NCBI GenBank assembly: GCA_030141605.1
Contig: JAQGDQ010000782.1
Coordinates: 32,099 to 96,098 of the forward strand
Reading direction: 5' to 3'
From: Tubiluchus corallicola
Lineage: Eukaryota; Animalia; Priapulida
DNA: 64,000 bases
Position numbers and translations under genes: made by a program. Of the stretch, positions 25,225-38,130 are shown one piece after another. The notes beneath the pieces were generated by a model. That model was not told the origin of the DNA. It did no database searches and was given only the letters and a program-made list of their open reading frames with translations. The number at the start of each line of letters is the position of its first letter. Position 1 is the first letter of the stretch.

Positions 25225-25925
25225 CAGGTAAATAAGTCACAGGTAAAAAGTCACAGGTTAAAAATCAATGGTAAAAAGTCACAGGTAATAAAGTTACAGG
25301 GAAAAAGGAAACAATTCTTGACTTTAACTCTTCACCCTATCTCCTAATTCTAACCATACACAAAATTCTGTGACTTTTGTCCTGTGCCTTTTTTCCTAGG
25401 CGAAATTGTGACTTTTCCTGTGACTTTTTCCTAGCCAAAATTGTGGCTTTTTCCCCCGTGACTTTTTCCTAGCCAAAATTGTGGCTTTTAATGTGACTTT
25501 TTTTCCTAGCCAAAATTGTGACTTTTCCTGTGACTTTTTCCTAGCCAAAATTGTGACTTTTTTTCCTGTGACTTTTTCCTAGCCAAAATTGTGACTTTTT
25601 TTTCCCGTGACTTTTTCCTAGCCAAAATTGTGACTTTTTTTTCCTGTGACTTTTTCCTAGCCAAAATTGTGATTTTTTTCTGTGACTTTTTCCTAGCCAA
25701 AATTGTGACTTTTTTCCTGTGACCTTTTCCTAGCCAAAATTGTGATTTTTTTCTGTGACTTTTTCCTAGCCAAAATTGTGATTTTTTTCTGTGACTTTTT
25801 CCTAGCCAAAATTGTGACTTTTTTCCCGTGACCTTTTCCTAGCCAAAATTGTGATTTTTTTCTGGTGACTCTTTTCCTCGCCAAAATTGTGACTTCTTTC
25901 CAGTGACTTTATTACCGGTCACCCA
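25225..25925. repeat. Inverted-repeat element with an internal array of about 14 x 36-38 bp (CTGTGACTTTTTCCTAGCCAAAATTGTGACT)
   Basis: AAAAGTCACAGG motifs at the left are inverted relative to the CCTGTGACTTTT array at the right. Confidence 0.8.
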
Positions 25926-26172
25926 ATTATCTTCTACGACTGCCCCAGTTGTTTCATTTTTGTTTCACTTTTTACAAAAACCAGAGTTAATATTTGCCTG
26001 CCTTGCGTATAATTTGTCATAAATACTGAACGACAGAAACATTTCAGCACAGAGTTTAAGTGTTAAGTCTTAACACTGTTAAAAAACTAATTAAAAACAG
26101 TGAAGTGGCATGATGAGATAAACCGCACAATTATTAAATTTTAAACTTAGATAAATTTTAATTCAAATTTAA

Positions 26173-26792
26173 AGGCAGACAGGATGATTTTTCATATACA
26201 CTACCCCATTTTCAAGTAAGGTAAATAGTATACATTTTAACACCAATAATACTGCAAAAACGTTTCTGTTAATTAAATAATAGATTGAAATTTTAATTAA
26301 CGGCCGGGGAGCCCAACTTTTGATGACATCACAAACGAACACAATTTCCATCGCAAAAATATTCCACGAGCGTGTTGCACGTGTCTGCAAAAGCAAAAAT
26401 TGAAGTACAGTGCTAGCGTAAGATATTCAGTGTGTTGTACTAAAATTAGGCAAGTTTTAAGATTAAAATTGAAATTTAAAATTTACCGCTGCACTCACGC
26501 ATAAGCTGTTGAACATGTGTGGTTCATCACAAACTAACACATCTGAGTTGAGACCCACAGTATCTGTTTTTTGTGCAATGCATTTCGGAAATGCAGGCGC
26601 TAGTGCCTGTCTAACTATCGAATGACGAAATGCATGTAACAGCAAAGAACTAGCAGCGTGAATGCGAAATTGTGTTTGTGTGGTAATAATTCTTTCACGC
26701 ATGTCGTTTTTGAAAAAATGGCATGTTTCCTTTTAATATTTTAAAAAGTGCATTGCTTCGACCTACAGTTTAAGATTGGGTCCGGTTTTGCT
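26173..26792 (+). mobile_element. TTAA-flanked non-autonomous DNA element (Kolobok-like, family A)
   Basis: TTAA|AGGCAGAC...TTTTGCT|TTAA. Related copies at about 990-1355, 3961-4545, 23380-23610 (-), 31240-31750, 33920-34345 (-) and 60608-61022 (rearranged). Confidence 0.7.
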
Positions 26793-27029
26793 TTAAGTTT
26801 GAGTTATCCAAACTTTCTAAAGAAAGGAAGGTAAAAATGGCACATGTAAAAATGGCACATGTGTGTTTTGACTCAAATAATTACTATAACAAAACTGGGG
26901 TGCGCTCAGTAGGAAGCAGACCTCCGCCAAGGTCAAAAAATCCTAAACATGTTCATCTGATTATTTTCATAAAAGAAAGATACAAAATTATACCTGTATA
27001 AGCATTATATACCCAACAAATAATAATTT

Positions 27030-27770
27030 ATCATCAATAATGCACGAACATTCCACATATAGTGTTTGTACCTCTCTAATACGTTCACCTGTTGCTTAAC
27101 GAACCTTTTGACAATTTCAAAGACACTTTGTAGGCTTCAGTGTATTACAATTGCACATCAATGATGCGCGAACATTCCACATATAGTGTTTGTACCTCAC
27201 TGATACGTTCACCTGTTGCTCAACTAAGCTTTTGGCAATTTCAAAGACACTTTGTGGGCTTCAGTGTATTACTATTGCACATCAATAATGCGCGAACATT
27301 CCACATATAGTGTTTGTACCTCACTGATACGTTCACCTGTTGCTTAACTAAGCTTTTGGCAATTTCAAAGATACTTTGTGGGCTTCAGTGTATTACAATT
27401 GCACATCAATGATGCGCGAACATTCCACATATAGTGTTTGTACCTCACTGATACGTTCACCTGTTGCTTAACTAAGCTTTTGATAATTTCAAAGACACTT
27501 TGTGGGCTTCAGTGTATTACTATTGCACATCAATAATGCGCGAACATTCCACATATAGTGTTTGTACCTCACTGATACGTTCACCTGTTGCTTAACTAAG
27601 CTTTTGACCATTTCATTGTGGGCTTCAGTGTATTACTATTGCACATCTATAATGCGCGAACATTCCACATATAGTGTTTGCACCTCACTAATACGTTCAC
27701 ACGTTGCTTAACTAAATTTTTGACAATTTCAAAGACACTTTGTGGGCTTCAGTGCATTACAATTGCATTG
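27030..27770. repeat. Tandem repeat, about 6 x 124 bp, immediately upstream of the GC promoter
   Basis: GAACATTCCACATATAGTG recurs at 27046, 27170, 27294, 27418, 27542 and 27658. Confidence 0.92.
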
Positions 27771-27879
27771 CATTACAACAACGGTATGGTTAATATGAAC
27801 ATAGACTTGACAGTCAGCCTGACATCTCGTATCAAGTGACAGAAATTTGTTATTAAAACTGCGATGCGCAAGACGTGGG

Positions 27880-27945
27880 ATGACGTTACCTGCAGGTGAA
27901 TACACAGGTATAAAATAAGCGCTCGAGTGGAAGACATACTCATGA
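27880..27945 (+). promoter_or_regulatory. Candidate core promoter of the receptor GC gene
   Basis: TATAAAA at 27909-27915, CRE-like TGACGTTA at 27881 and Inr-like ACTCAT about 30 nt downstream of the TATA. The ATG is at 27996. Confidence 0.45.
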
Positions 27946-27995
27946 CGAGAGCGCAGTAAATCAAGCCGAATTGAAATCAACAGATCAGCACAGCT

Positions 27996-28213
27996 ATGCC
28001 GTTCATTGCTTTGTTCATCGCGTGTATATTTGCGCCTTGTTTTGGAAGAGTTCAAAGTTTGAATCATCATCTTCGCGCCCACGTGGCCGTCGTATTGAAC
28101 AATGTTAGCGAACCGGCCAGGAGCAGTGCTATTGGTTTTGCAGGGTTCATGCCAGCGATTGAGTTAGCCTTGTCGAAGAAGCAAAGATATTTATCAGATG
28201 ATGTTGAAGTCAG
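27996..28213 (+). CDS. Receptor GC exon 1, signal peptide and ectodomain start (..FMPAIELALSK..)
   Basis: ATG, hydrophobic leader, AG|GTAATT donor, phase 2. Confidence 0.88.
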
Positions 28214-28944
28214 GTAATTAATGCTTTTGATTACAGCATCAATTTTATAATTACTGCATCTGATACTAATTACACAGACTCAACTTTCATCTACCCCCGC
28301 CCCTGACTCCATAAAACGATTAAAAATGTAAATTTAAAAAAAAATGTAATGTAATACGTGTTATGTTAGTTTTGTAATGTCAAATGTATAAATAGTGTAA
28401 ATGTAATGAGTGAAATTTATGTAATGTAAAGCATGTTTCTGTTAATTGTGTCATGTTAAATGTATATATAGTGTAAAATATGTCATGTAAAATTTAATGT
28501 ACTTTTGTAATATTGTTTTTGTAAAAATATTTTAATATTGTGTTTGTAAATATGTTCATTTATTGTATATAATTAGGCCCTTAGTTTTGCACTTTAGTTT
28601 TTTTAGTCAGCACTGGACGCATTTGTCTTGAACAGTGTTGTTATCTTAACATTACGCTGAGGATTACTCAATTTTATTATAATGTGTGAACAATTTTAAT
28701 GATAAATAAAGAATTAATATATATATATATAATCACGATTTTTTTCATTAGCACGCAAACTAGAAGTTCATTTGTCATCATTACAACCAAAAGGTTGAAC
28801 TAAAATGCAGCATAAAATGACAAAACATCAAAATTTTTATTAAAGAATAAGCAAGATAATTACAATTGTCACAGAGACGTGGAGCTCAGACAGGTAAAAG
28901 CTTTTTCATCATAGAATACTGTATTAGGAAATGGAAGATGTAAA

Positions 28945-29760
28945 TTAATTTGTTCATTAGCATTAGAACGCGGTGTTCACGATACGTTACTTCGTATTAA
29001 AAGATCAGTAAGGTACGCAGGTGCCAAACCATGTAGTATTTTGTAGGTGATACAAAGAATTTTAAATTGAATTTGGAACTTTATCGTCGTCGTCGTCATC
29101 GTCATCATCGTTACTGCTAATTGACCAGCAAGAAAAAAAATATTTAAATTAAACGCTGCCTCGAAGGCAGATAAAAATTCCCATCCAGCAATCTCAGCAA
29201 TGAGGCAAGTTTTGCGTGAAGACGACCTATCGAATTTCTCCCAGTTGCATAAGATAAAAACACAGCAATATCGTAGTAAATCTTCACTGTAAAACATCGT
29301 CCAACCACAAAAGACATTTACAGATTAGCTATGAAAGCCTCAAAGTGCACTTTGAGAACATAATCTGAATGGCAAAAAAAGACCAGTTATCACTCACCTG
29401 GGAAAATCTACATGCATAACAAACCAACAGGTCCTACGTGCACTACTTTTCACTCTGATTTGCTCTAGAAGTGATGTAGCAATTACTAGAGATGCAGTGG
29501 GTCCGATTTCGCATCTGAAGATCCGGTAACTTTAATGGATCCAAGTCCGATCCGTCTCCGATGTAAATTATTTTGTTGATTAGCATTAGAACGAAGTGTT
29601 CGGGATTTGTTGCTGTGTATTAGAAGATCAGTAAGGTATGCAGATGCCTAACCATGTAGTATTTTGTCTTTGATACAAACAATTTTAAATTGAATTCGAA
29701 ACTTTATCGGCAACCAATGTTACTTTCTTAAAATGGATGTAATATGATATATATGTATGT
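28945..29760 (-). mobile_element. Two degraded L2/CR1-group LINE 3' fragments (about 28945-29085 and 29570-29760)
   Basis: IKFQIQFKILCITYKILHGLAPAYLTDLL and a diverged second copy (HWLPIKFRIQFKI). Confidence 0.65.
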
Positions 29761-32094
29761 TGGAGATTAGCTAAAATTGGAGCATTTGCCTAGTCTTCAT
29801 TCGGAAGAATTATTTTCAATGATGGCTTTTGAAATGTTTCTAACAAATCAGAGATATTTTGGGAGAGAGATGAGTGCAAAACCTGTCAAGCGAATTCAAA
29901 AGTTGGCTTAATCAAAGTTCAGTACATTTGAAGTTTTAGCTTTCAGTTTATTCCTTAAAAGCAGGGAAATTTTAAGGAATTTTTGTACAAAATTGGGCAG
30001 GCTCCTAATAGCACATGTAACTGCTTATTAAGCCCTCTTCTGTACATCATTTATTATTTGAATGAACATTAGTAAACCAAGCCAAAAGAAATGATTTTAT
30101 TAGCACTTTGTCTACGTTAAATTCGGACTATGTTTTCTCTAGCCGGGATAATAATGCTATAAATGCTTTTGTAAATCTTATCTCGGATGAATTTTTATCG
30201 TCATTCGTCCGTATATAAACAGTCTGTTGGTGATGAAATTTTACAACTCTCGTCGTGTTTTCTATATGCTGTTTTGTGTTCATTTATGATTATGTGAATT
30301 TACATTAGAATTAGAATTGGTAATTATGTTTATTATAATTGTACTCGCTGTTTTTCATTGTGTATAGTGTGTGTAAATTTTTATTACTATGTATTAAAAT
30401 ACGTTCGTTATCTTTTATTACGTATGTATGTAGTGTTGGATTATAATTTGTAACTATGTCTATTGTATATGAACGTTGTCGTTCAATGTGTCTCATGCGT
30501 TGGATTCTAAATTATATATATTTATGTGAATAGGTTTAATACGTTGTAAAGGCTTTTAGAAATTTTAAACATATCCCTACAAATAGAGGCTATGTATTCT
30601 GTACATAGTTTTTAAAAATAAATAATAATAATAATAATAATAATATTAATAATAATAATAATAATAATAATAACAACAACAACAATAATAATAATAATAA
30701 TAATAATAACTAGTAAAGGCCCCGCAAAAGATTTTGCGTATAAATACACGTGTAATCAATAATAATAATTCCGGTGTAAAAACTTGCAAATTAAACGAAG
30801 AAAGAATGATTTGTCGTTCCCTCGCTACTTCGCGGTTCGTTTATCGCGGAATCGCTGTTTCGCGGGTTTTTGCGGTACTCCGTCTAAAGTACTTTTGCAC
30901 ATGCCTAGTACGTATTGTACAGTAATGTATAGATTTGATGAATTTTGCATAAAAAATCACAAAATGTATAAAAATATATTAAAAATATTAATTCTAACGT
31001 TAAAAGAATATTATAAATCATAAAAAATTACCATTTACAGTAAATAGTGCATTTATTCGGCGGACGAATACACACAAAAAACGAAATGTAGTACTTGCGC
31101 CCGCTTGAGATGCTACTTGCCGACGTCAGATTGTACACAACACACGATAAGAGTGTGGGGTGGATTTATAAAGACTTAGAATAATCTATAATTACTAAAA
31201 TATGTATAGGGTCCCTACTTCGCGGAAATTCGCACACTGTACTACCCCATTTTTAAATCCGATAAAACGTAACATTTCAACACAATTAATACTGCAAAAG
31301 CATTTCTGATAATTAAATAATGGATTAAAAACTTAATTAACGACGGGCGTGCGCAACTATTGATGACATCACAAACTAACGTAATTTTCAACTACAGTCC
31401 TAGTGTAAGATAGTCAATGTGTTGTACTATAACTTGTCAAGTTTTAAGATAAAAGTTCTAATTTCAAAAATTATCGCTGTGGTCACGCGTGAGCTCTCGA
31501 ACGTGCGCAGTTCGTCACAAATTAACGCATCTGAACTGAGAGGTACAACACCTGTTTTGTGCAATGCATTTCCGAATTGAGGCGAGTGTGCCCGCAAATG
31601 GCGAAATACAGGTAACAGAGAAGAACTAGTGGCGCGAATGTGAAATCATATTTGTGTGGTGATAATTCTTTCACGTGAGTCATTTTTGAAAAAAATTGTA
31701 TATTTCCTTTTAATATTTTGTAGATTGTTTTTACCTGCAGTTTGGGCCATGTTTTGGTTTGAGTTATTTTCAAAAAAAGAAAAAGAAGAAAAATTGAGGA
31801 AAAATATCGAAAAGATAAAACATGAAAAGAAAGAAAACGCAGGAAAGATAAACAAAAGAAAAAAATAATTAAGAAATGACATACGAAATAAACAACAAAT
31901 ACGTAAAATGTGAAAATTTAAACAACTAATCAATAAATAAAAAGAAAATAATTAAATAAATATTAAATTCGTATAAACATTGTAGAGATGAACTAATTTA
32001 TTACAATTATGCAAAATGCAATATTTATCCATTTGCGAAATAAATAATATGTCGGAAACAACTTTCCAAATGGACAGTTAAAGCTTGTTAAGAA

Positions 32095-32833
32095 GTATTC
32101 CTTGTATTTCTTGTATTCCATGTATTCATTGCATTCCATGTATTCCTTGTATTCCATGTATTCCGTGTATTCCATGTATTCCTTATATTCCACGTATTTC
32201 ATTTATTCCATGTATTGCTTGTATTCCACGTATTTCATGTATTCCTTGCATTCCATGTATTCCATGTATTCCTTGTATTCCATGTATTCCGTGTATTTCA
32301 TGTATTCCTTGTATTCTATGTATTCATTGCATTCCATGTATTCCTTGTATTCCACGTATTCCGTGTATTTCATGTATTCCTTGTATTCTATGTATTCATT
32401 GTATTCCATGCATTCTTTGTATTCCATGTATTCCTTATATTCCACGTATTTCATTTATTCCATGTATTGCTTGTATTCCACGTATTTCACGTATTCCTTG
32501 TATTCCATGTATTTCTTCTATTCCACGTATTCCTTGCATTCCATGTATTCCATATATTCCGTGTATTACACGTATTCCTTGTATTCCACGTATTCCATGT
32601 ATTCCACGTATTTCATGTATTCCTTGTATTCCATATATTCCGTGTATTCCCCGTATTCCATGTATTCCATATATTCCATGTATTCCACGTATTCCATGTA
32701 TTACACGTATTCCTTGTATTCCACGTATTCCATGTATTTCACGTATTCCTTGTATTCCATGTATTCCATATATTCCGTGTATTCCCCGTATTCCATGTAT
32801 TCCTTTTATTCCAGTATTCCTTGTATTCCATGT
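32095..32833. repeat. 9-bp minisatellite (TATTCCATG variants)
   Basis: Direct reading. Explains the IPC/YSM/VFH repeat ORFs. Confidence 0.95.
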
Positions 32834-34787
32834 AAGAATGTAAACTATTTTAGCTTAATCCTAATGAACAACTTTAAAGCCAAGTGAATCACTACTGTCA
32901 TCGCCTCCTTAGTTTTTTTTTTTGTTTTCTGTTAAAGTGTGGAAACTTTTAAGCAGACTGAAGGTTTTTTTGTACCTAAAGGAAGTTCACAAAAAACATA
33001 TTATTAGTATTTTGTTGGTCTTCATTGTAGTTCCCAGTTTGAGATAAATAGAAACAGAGAACGAATGATTAAAACATCATGATGCAATTACTTATTTACA
33101 ACAATTGTACAACGTTAGACGACATGTTGAAATACAATAATAAATGTGTCATATTGAGTTACATTCATAAATTTCTCTATTTATCTGTACATAGTTTTGT
33201 ACTACATAAGTACTCTCAAAAACACGTCAGAAATTGTTATAACATGGAGAAAAACCTGTTCCAACCATTTCACGTTCCAGACAATTTTTTCCAGGGATCT
33301 GCACTCTGTCTACACTCTTATACTGCCATAAGCAATTAGATAATTACGTAGTTAATGAGGCGTTGACAGCAGTGATTCACTCAGCTTTTTTACTACACTG
33401 ACTATTATAATAGAGGCATTAAAAATGACGGCGTCAAGAAATTGAGAATAGATTAACTATTCTATTCTGTAATCACAATGATCACGAAGCTTCCATTAAC
33501 GACTATGCATGCAGGATTTGGCATGAAAGCAAATCGAGTGACGATAGTTCTTAGTAAAATTACGGCTCACGAAGCCAGACCAAATAAAAACGTAAAGCAA
33601 ACGTCTACCAAACGACGCGCAAAAAATTTTGCGTATAAATACACTTATAATCAAAAATACACGAACATCCTACACAGTCCTCACTTATAACGCGAAGCCA
33701 GTAGCAACTTTTATTGAACTAAAGTTATAGGCAGATTATAATGGATGACGTCAGAACAATGGCTTCGCGTCAGCAGTTTTCCAAGCGAAAATCTCCAGAA
33801 ATGGAACCTCCAATCAACTCATCACAGCTCCTCACGGTGGATGTTTCGTATAGCCACGTTATCTCCTTCCAATATGATTTGCTCAAAAAACTGTCTTTCG
33901 TGACTTTGATATTATAGAGCAAAACTAGAACTTCGGAAATGCATTGCACGAAAAACAGTGTTGTACCTCTCATATAAGATGTGTTAGTGTGTCACGAACT
34001 GCACACGCTCGACAGCTCATGTGTGAGCACAGCGGTAAATTTGAAATTTGAATTTTTATCTTAAAACTTGCCTACTTTTAGTACAACATACTGAATATCT
34101 TACAGTAGCACTGTACTTCAATTTTTGCTTTCTCAAACACGTCCAACACGCTCGTCCAATATTTTTGCTGCTGAAAATTATGTTCGTTTGTGATGTCATC
34201 GGTATTTGGGCTCGCCCGCCGTTAATTTAGTTTTTAATCTATTATCTAATTATCAGAAACGCTATCAATATTAATTGTGTTGAAATGTATACTTTTTATT
34301 GGACTTGAAAATGGGCTGGTATATGAAAAATCATTCTGTCTTCCTTTAACAAAAATATGTGACAATTGCTTAAATCAGGATTTTTCACAAACTGTCAAAA
34401 AATTCAACCTACTAGTGCCGCTATCTTAACGTAAATTTCCGGAATGATAATTTTAATTTTTGGCGGAATTCCAGGAATTTGTTACTTGAAATAAAATTTT
34501 CGTAATGCATGTGTTTCAAGCAAGGAATTCAAACAAATTCTTTTTAGTAAAAACACTACAACTTTATGTTGACGTCAAACATTCCAGCAGAACTATTACG
34601 TCATCAGTGGTATTTTTTTACAAACATACAACCAGTTTATATTGGGAGAGCCTACAGTATAGAACGTTATGCACTAATTATGTATTTAACAGAAGCCAAA
34701 TAGGTAATGATTAAGCAGACCTGTAGAAAAGAAATTGATACACTAAATTATGGACTAATTATGTATTTAACAGAAGCCAAATAGGTA

Positions 34788-35764
34788 CCGTAAAACGGGG
34801 TGAGTTCGCCACTTTTTAGGGGTATTTTTTTTACGTTTCCTGCCATAGCAAGAGAATTACCCAACCGATTTTCTTAGTTCAAGCTTTATATTGCCTTTCG
34901 AATGAAACACCATCGTGGGGTGAATTCGCCACTAACAATTTAACACTCTTTAATGCCATTCTAGGCAGCTGAAGTTAACTGCTTGTGATTGGCTGGTTGG
35001 GGGTGAGTTCGCCACCCTATGAAAAAATTATGAAAAATGTCTAGTTTTAGTTTTCAAATAGAAACTTCTACGTTGGCAAGGAAGGCTTGAACGTCTTGTG
35101 CACTGATCTTATCGCGGGCGCCCTTGATGTTGCCAGCCACTCTGAAAACCAGATTGTTCCTTCCGGCGAATGATTTGACAAAGTCTATTCCAGGGGTGTT
35201 TGCCTTAAATCGTCGTTCCTGGATTCCCTTCGCGTCAAGAACACTCTTAATCAGTAGTCGGAGATCGATGGCAGTCATTGGGAACCCCCACTCAGCGGCC
35301 ACTTGGAGTGTTGGCGATTTTGTGCTCCTCGGCGGCGGAGAACACTGGCTGACCTCCGGTCTTCCGCGGATGACTTCCTGAGAGTTTGTCAGAAAGGGTC
35401 TTTCTTGGAACTCCGAATTGCCTCGCCGCTGCGCTGCGCTGATTGTCCTGTTGGTATTCTTGACGGCATGTAGGGCAGCTTCCAGAGCTTCTGGGGTATA
35501 ATTTTGGTATCTATGACCCGGTACAGGGGTGTAGGTGCGTGGCATGTTAAGTAGTAAGAAATAGTAGACAAATAATATGTAGCGCAGAATGGAATACTTC
35601 TAGTGCGAATTGAAAGAAGATAACTGTCGCAAACTGTTTCTAATGACGGTGATCATGATATCTGTTCATTAAACACTGAACAATAGTTACAGCAAACCTA
35701 CAATGGCCATTACGTAAGCGGTGGCGAACTCACCCTCGGGTGGCGAACTCACCCCGTTTTACGG
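34788..35764 (-). mobile_element. pogo/Fot1-like DNA transposon deletion derivative retaining the N-terminal HTH coding region (ORF 35054-35545)
   Basis: TIR CCGTAAAACGGGGTGAGTTCGCCAC at both ends, TA flanks and repeated subterminal GGTGAGTTCGCCAC. Psq-type YTPEALEAALHAVK and CENP-B-type WGFPMT..PGIDFVKSF motifs. Confidence 0.88.
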
Positions 35765-36612
35765 GTAGTGAATTACCAGACCCGTTGAAAAGAAATTATT
35801 TACTGTATCAATTTTTTGTTACAAAAGGTCAAAGGTCAAGTGTACCAGACAACGCATTTGTGTGCACTTGACAACGCCTCACAGCCCATGCCATTGTAAT
35901 AGTACCAGTTTTAACAGCTAGCTAGAATCTTGCTTAGTTCATTTTTTTTGTACCCAAGCAAGATCCTGCTAGTAAAATCAAATTTATGCACAGACTAGTG
36001 CATAATAACGCAAAATCCACTTAAAACAACTGAAGTTACTGAACAATCGCGGCAGACGGCTTTGCTTTACACACATATGTTACGTGATGGTAGCAGTTAA
36101 GACGCGTTGGTGTGGTGCACTTAACCCTTGACCTACAGCAACTGCGCATGCGCAAATGGAAACTCTGAAAAGTCTTATTATCGAGTTTACTTTTTTCGGG
36201 TGTTATATGTAACACAGCAATACAACACATTTTCTACACAGTAGATTTTTATGCAAAATGACTACAGTTGTCAAAAACTGGAGACGAAAGTGGGGAAAAA
36301 ACGAGACAGAGCTAGTGTCCAGTAAAAACTCATTTCAAGACAATAAAAATAGTAAAAAATCGTTTTGTGATCCTTGTGAAATATTTAACAAATCGTTTAT
36401 TTGCACAATATACAGGGTGTCTCTAAAGTCTCTTTACAGTTTTAAAAATTTATTATAAAGGCAGTTGACAAGATTTGTTAACTAGATTTGTTCTAATGTA
36501 ATCTGTGGTTGTCAAAGTTTTTTTAGCTCATTTAATACACCTCTATATGGACACCATTAGTTGCACGAAGCACATCAACACGGTACTTGATTTCTTGCCA
36601 TGTTCGCTGTAG

Positions 36613-37414
36613 CATAGCCTCATCAATGGTGGCGATGGCATCAGAAATCTTTTGCTTCAAGTCAGTAATGTCCCGTATCTTTGTTTGATACATGATGTCT
36701 TTCACATAACCCCATGGATCTCTTCCATACTTAGTTCTGTAGTTTCGTCATAGCCTCATCAATGGTGGCGATGGCATCAGAAATCCTTTGCTTCAAGTCA
36801 GCAATGTCCCGTATCTTTGTTTGATACATGATGTCTTTCACATAACCCCATGGATCTCTTCCATACTTAGTTCTGTAGTTTCGTCATAGCCTCATCAATG
36901 GTGGCGATGGCATCAGAAATCCTTTGCTTCAAGTCAGCAATGTCCCGTATCTTTGTTTGATACATGATGTCTTTCACATAACCCCATGGATCTCTTCCAT
37001 ACTTAGTTCTGTGGTTTCGTCATAGCCTCATCAATGGTGGCGATGGCATCAGAAATCCTTTGCTTCAAGTCAGTAATGTCCCGTATCTTTGTTCGACGCA
37101 TGATGTCTTTCACATAACCCCATGGATCTCTTCCATACTTAGTTCTGTAGTTTCGTCATAGCCTCATCAATGGTGGCGATGGCATCAGAAATCCTTTGCT
37201 TCAAGTCAGTAATGTCCCGTATCTTTGTTCGACGCATGATGTCTTTCACATAACCCCATGGATCTCTTCCATACTTAGTTCTGTAGTTTCGTCATAGCCT
37301 CATCAATGGTGGCGATGGCATCAGAAATCCGTCCTTTGCTTCAAGTCAGTAATGTCCCGTATCTTTGTTCGATACACGATGTCTTTCACATAACCCCATG
37401 GATCTCTTCCATAC
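36613..37414. repeat. Tandem repeat, about 6 x 136 bp, transposase-derived
   Basis: CATAGCCTCATC recurs at 36613, 36749, 36885, 37021, 37157 and 37293. Confidence 0.95.
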
Positions 37415-37657
37415 GTATCTCTGCACATACGATTTTGACTCAATAAACCATGATACGCTCTGTGCCTTCTCTTGAGAGGTACCCATTTTTGGGGTTTCAG
37501 TTAACAATACCCTTCTATCAACAGGAGACCTACACAAAAAGGCAAAATTTTAATGTGATCTCAAACTTAAATAAACACTGAATAAAATAAAACAAATCTG
37601 TTAATATATCTTGTAATAAATTTTTAAAATTGGAAAGAGACTTTTTAGACAACCTGT

Positions 37658-38002
37658 TATTGTTGGCATCCTTCTGTCTCGGAAAACAATGGAATGCGCG
37701 CCAAGAGAGTCAGTTATGGATCACATTGATGGTGCTGCAGCGTCGACTGTGGCTGACCAATCCGATCCTTGAACCACTGCCTCTCCACGGCGCACGCCTG
37801 GGCAAGGTGTATGGAGATCCTGAGTTGGCTGCTGGTGCAGCTCCTCTGCCTAGTGTCGAGATGCAGTGTGGGCATCCCGCAAGCCTACAGCACCTGGTAT
37901 TCCTAGGCGGTCACACCCATCCAAGTACTAACCAGGCTCTACGTTCCTTAACTTCGGTGATCAGATGAGAACCGGTGTTTTCAACGTGATTTGGCCGTAG
38001 TC
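37658..38002 (-). mobile_element. Second copy of the 5S-derived SINE, lacking about 210 bp internally
   Basis: 5S head at 37881-38002 and the same tail. TSD AACCTGT at 37651-37657 and 38003-38009. Confidence 0.88.
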
Positions 38003-38130
38003 AACCTGTATATGTGTGTAAATAAAGATTTTACATAATCACGAATAACAAATTGTTGTGGTTCTTGCTATATTAAGTTTATCAAAACTATTTATGATAA
38101 TACTTATTGTTCGTTTTCCATCATTCTTAG

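Larger units (their letters stand above)
36413..38008 (-). mobile_element. Internally deleted Tc1/mariner-superfamily element containing a 136-bp tandem array and a SINE insertion
   Basis: About 45-bp imperfect TIRs (CAGGGTGTCTCTAAAGTCTCTTT / AAAGAGACTTTTTAGACAACCTG) flanked by TA. Transposase N-terminal (MGTSQEKAQSVSWFIESKS) and C-terminal (WGYVKDIMY..DLKQKISDAIATIDEAMLQRTW..NGVHIE) remnants. Confidence 0.85.

Noticed and set aside
32085-32887. 250-aa IPC/YSM repeat ORFs resembling Cys-rich proteins
   Set aside because: A 9-bp minisatellite open in several frames on both strands, with no splice or domain evidence.
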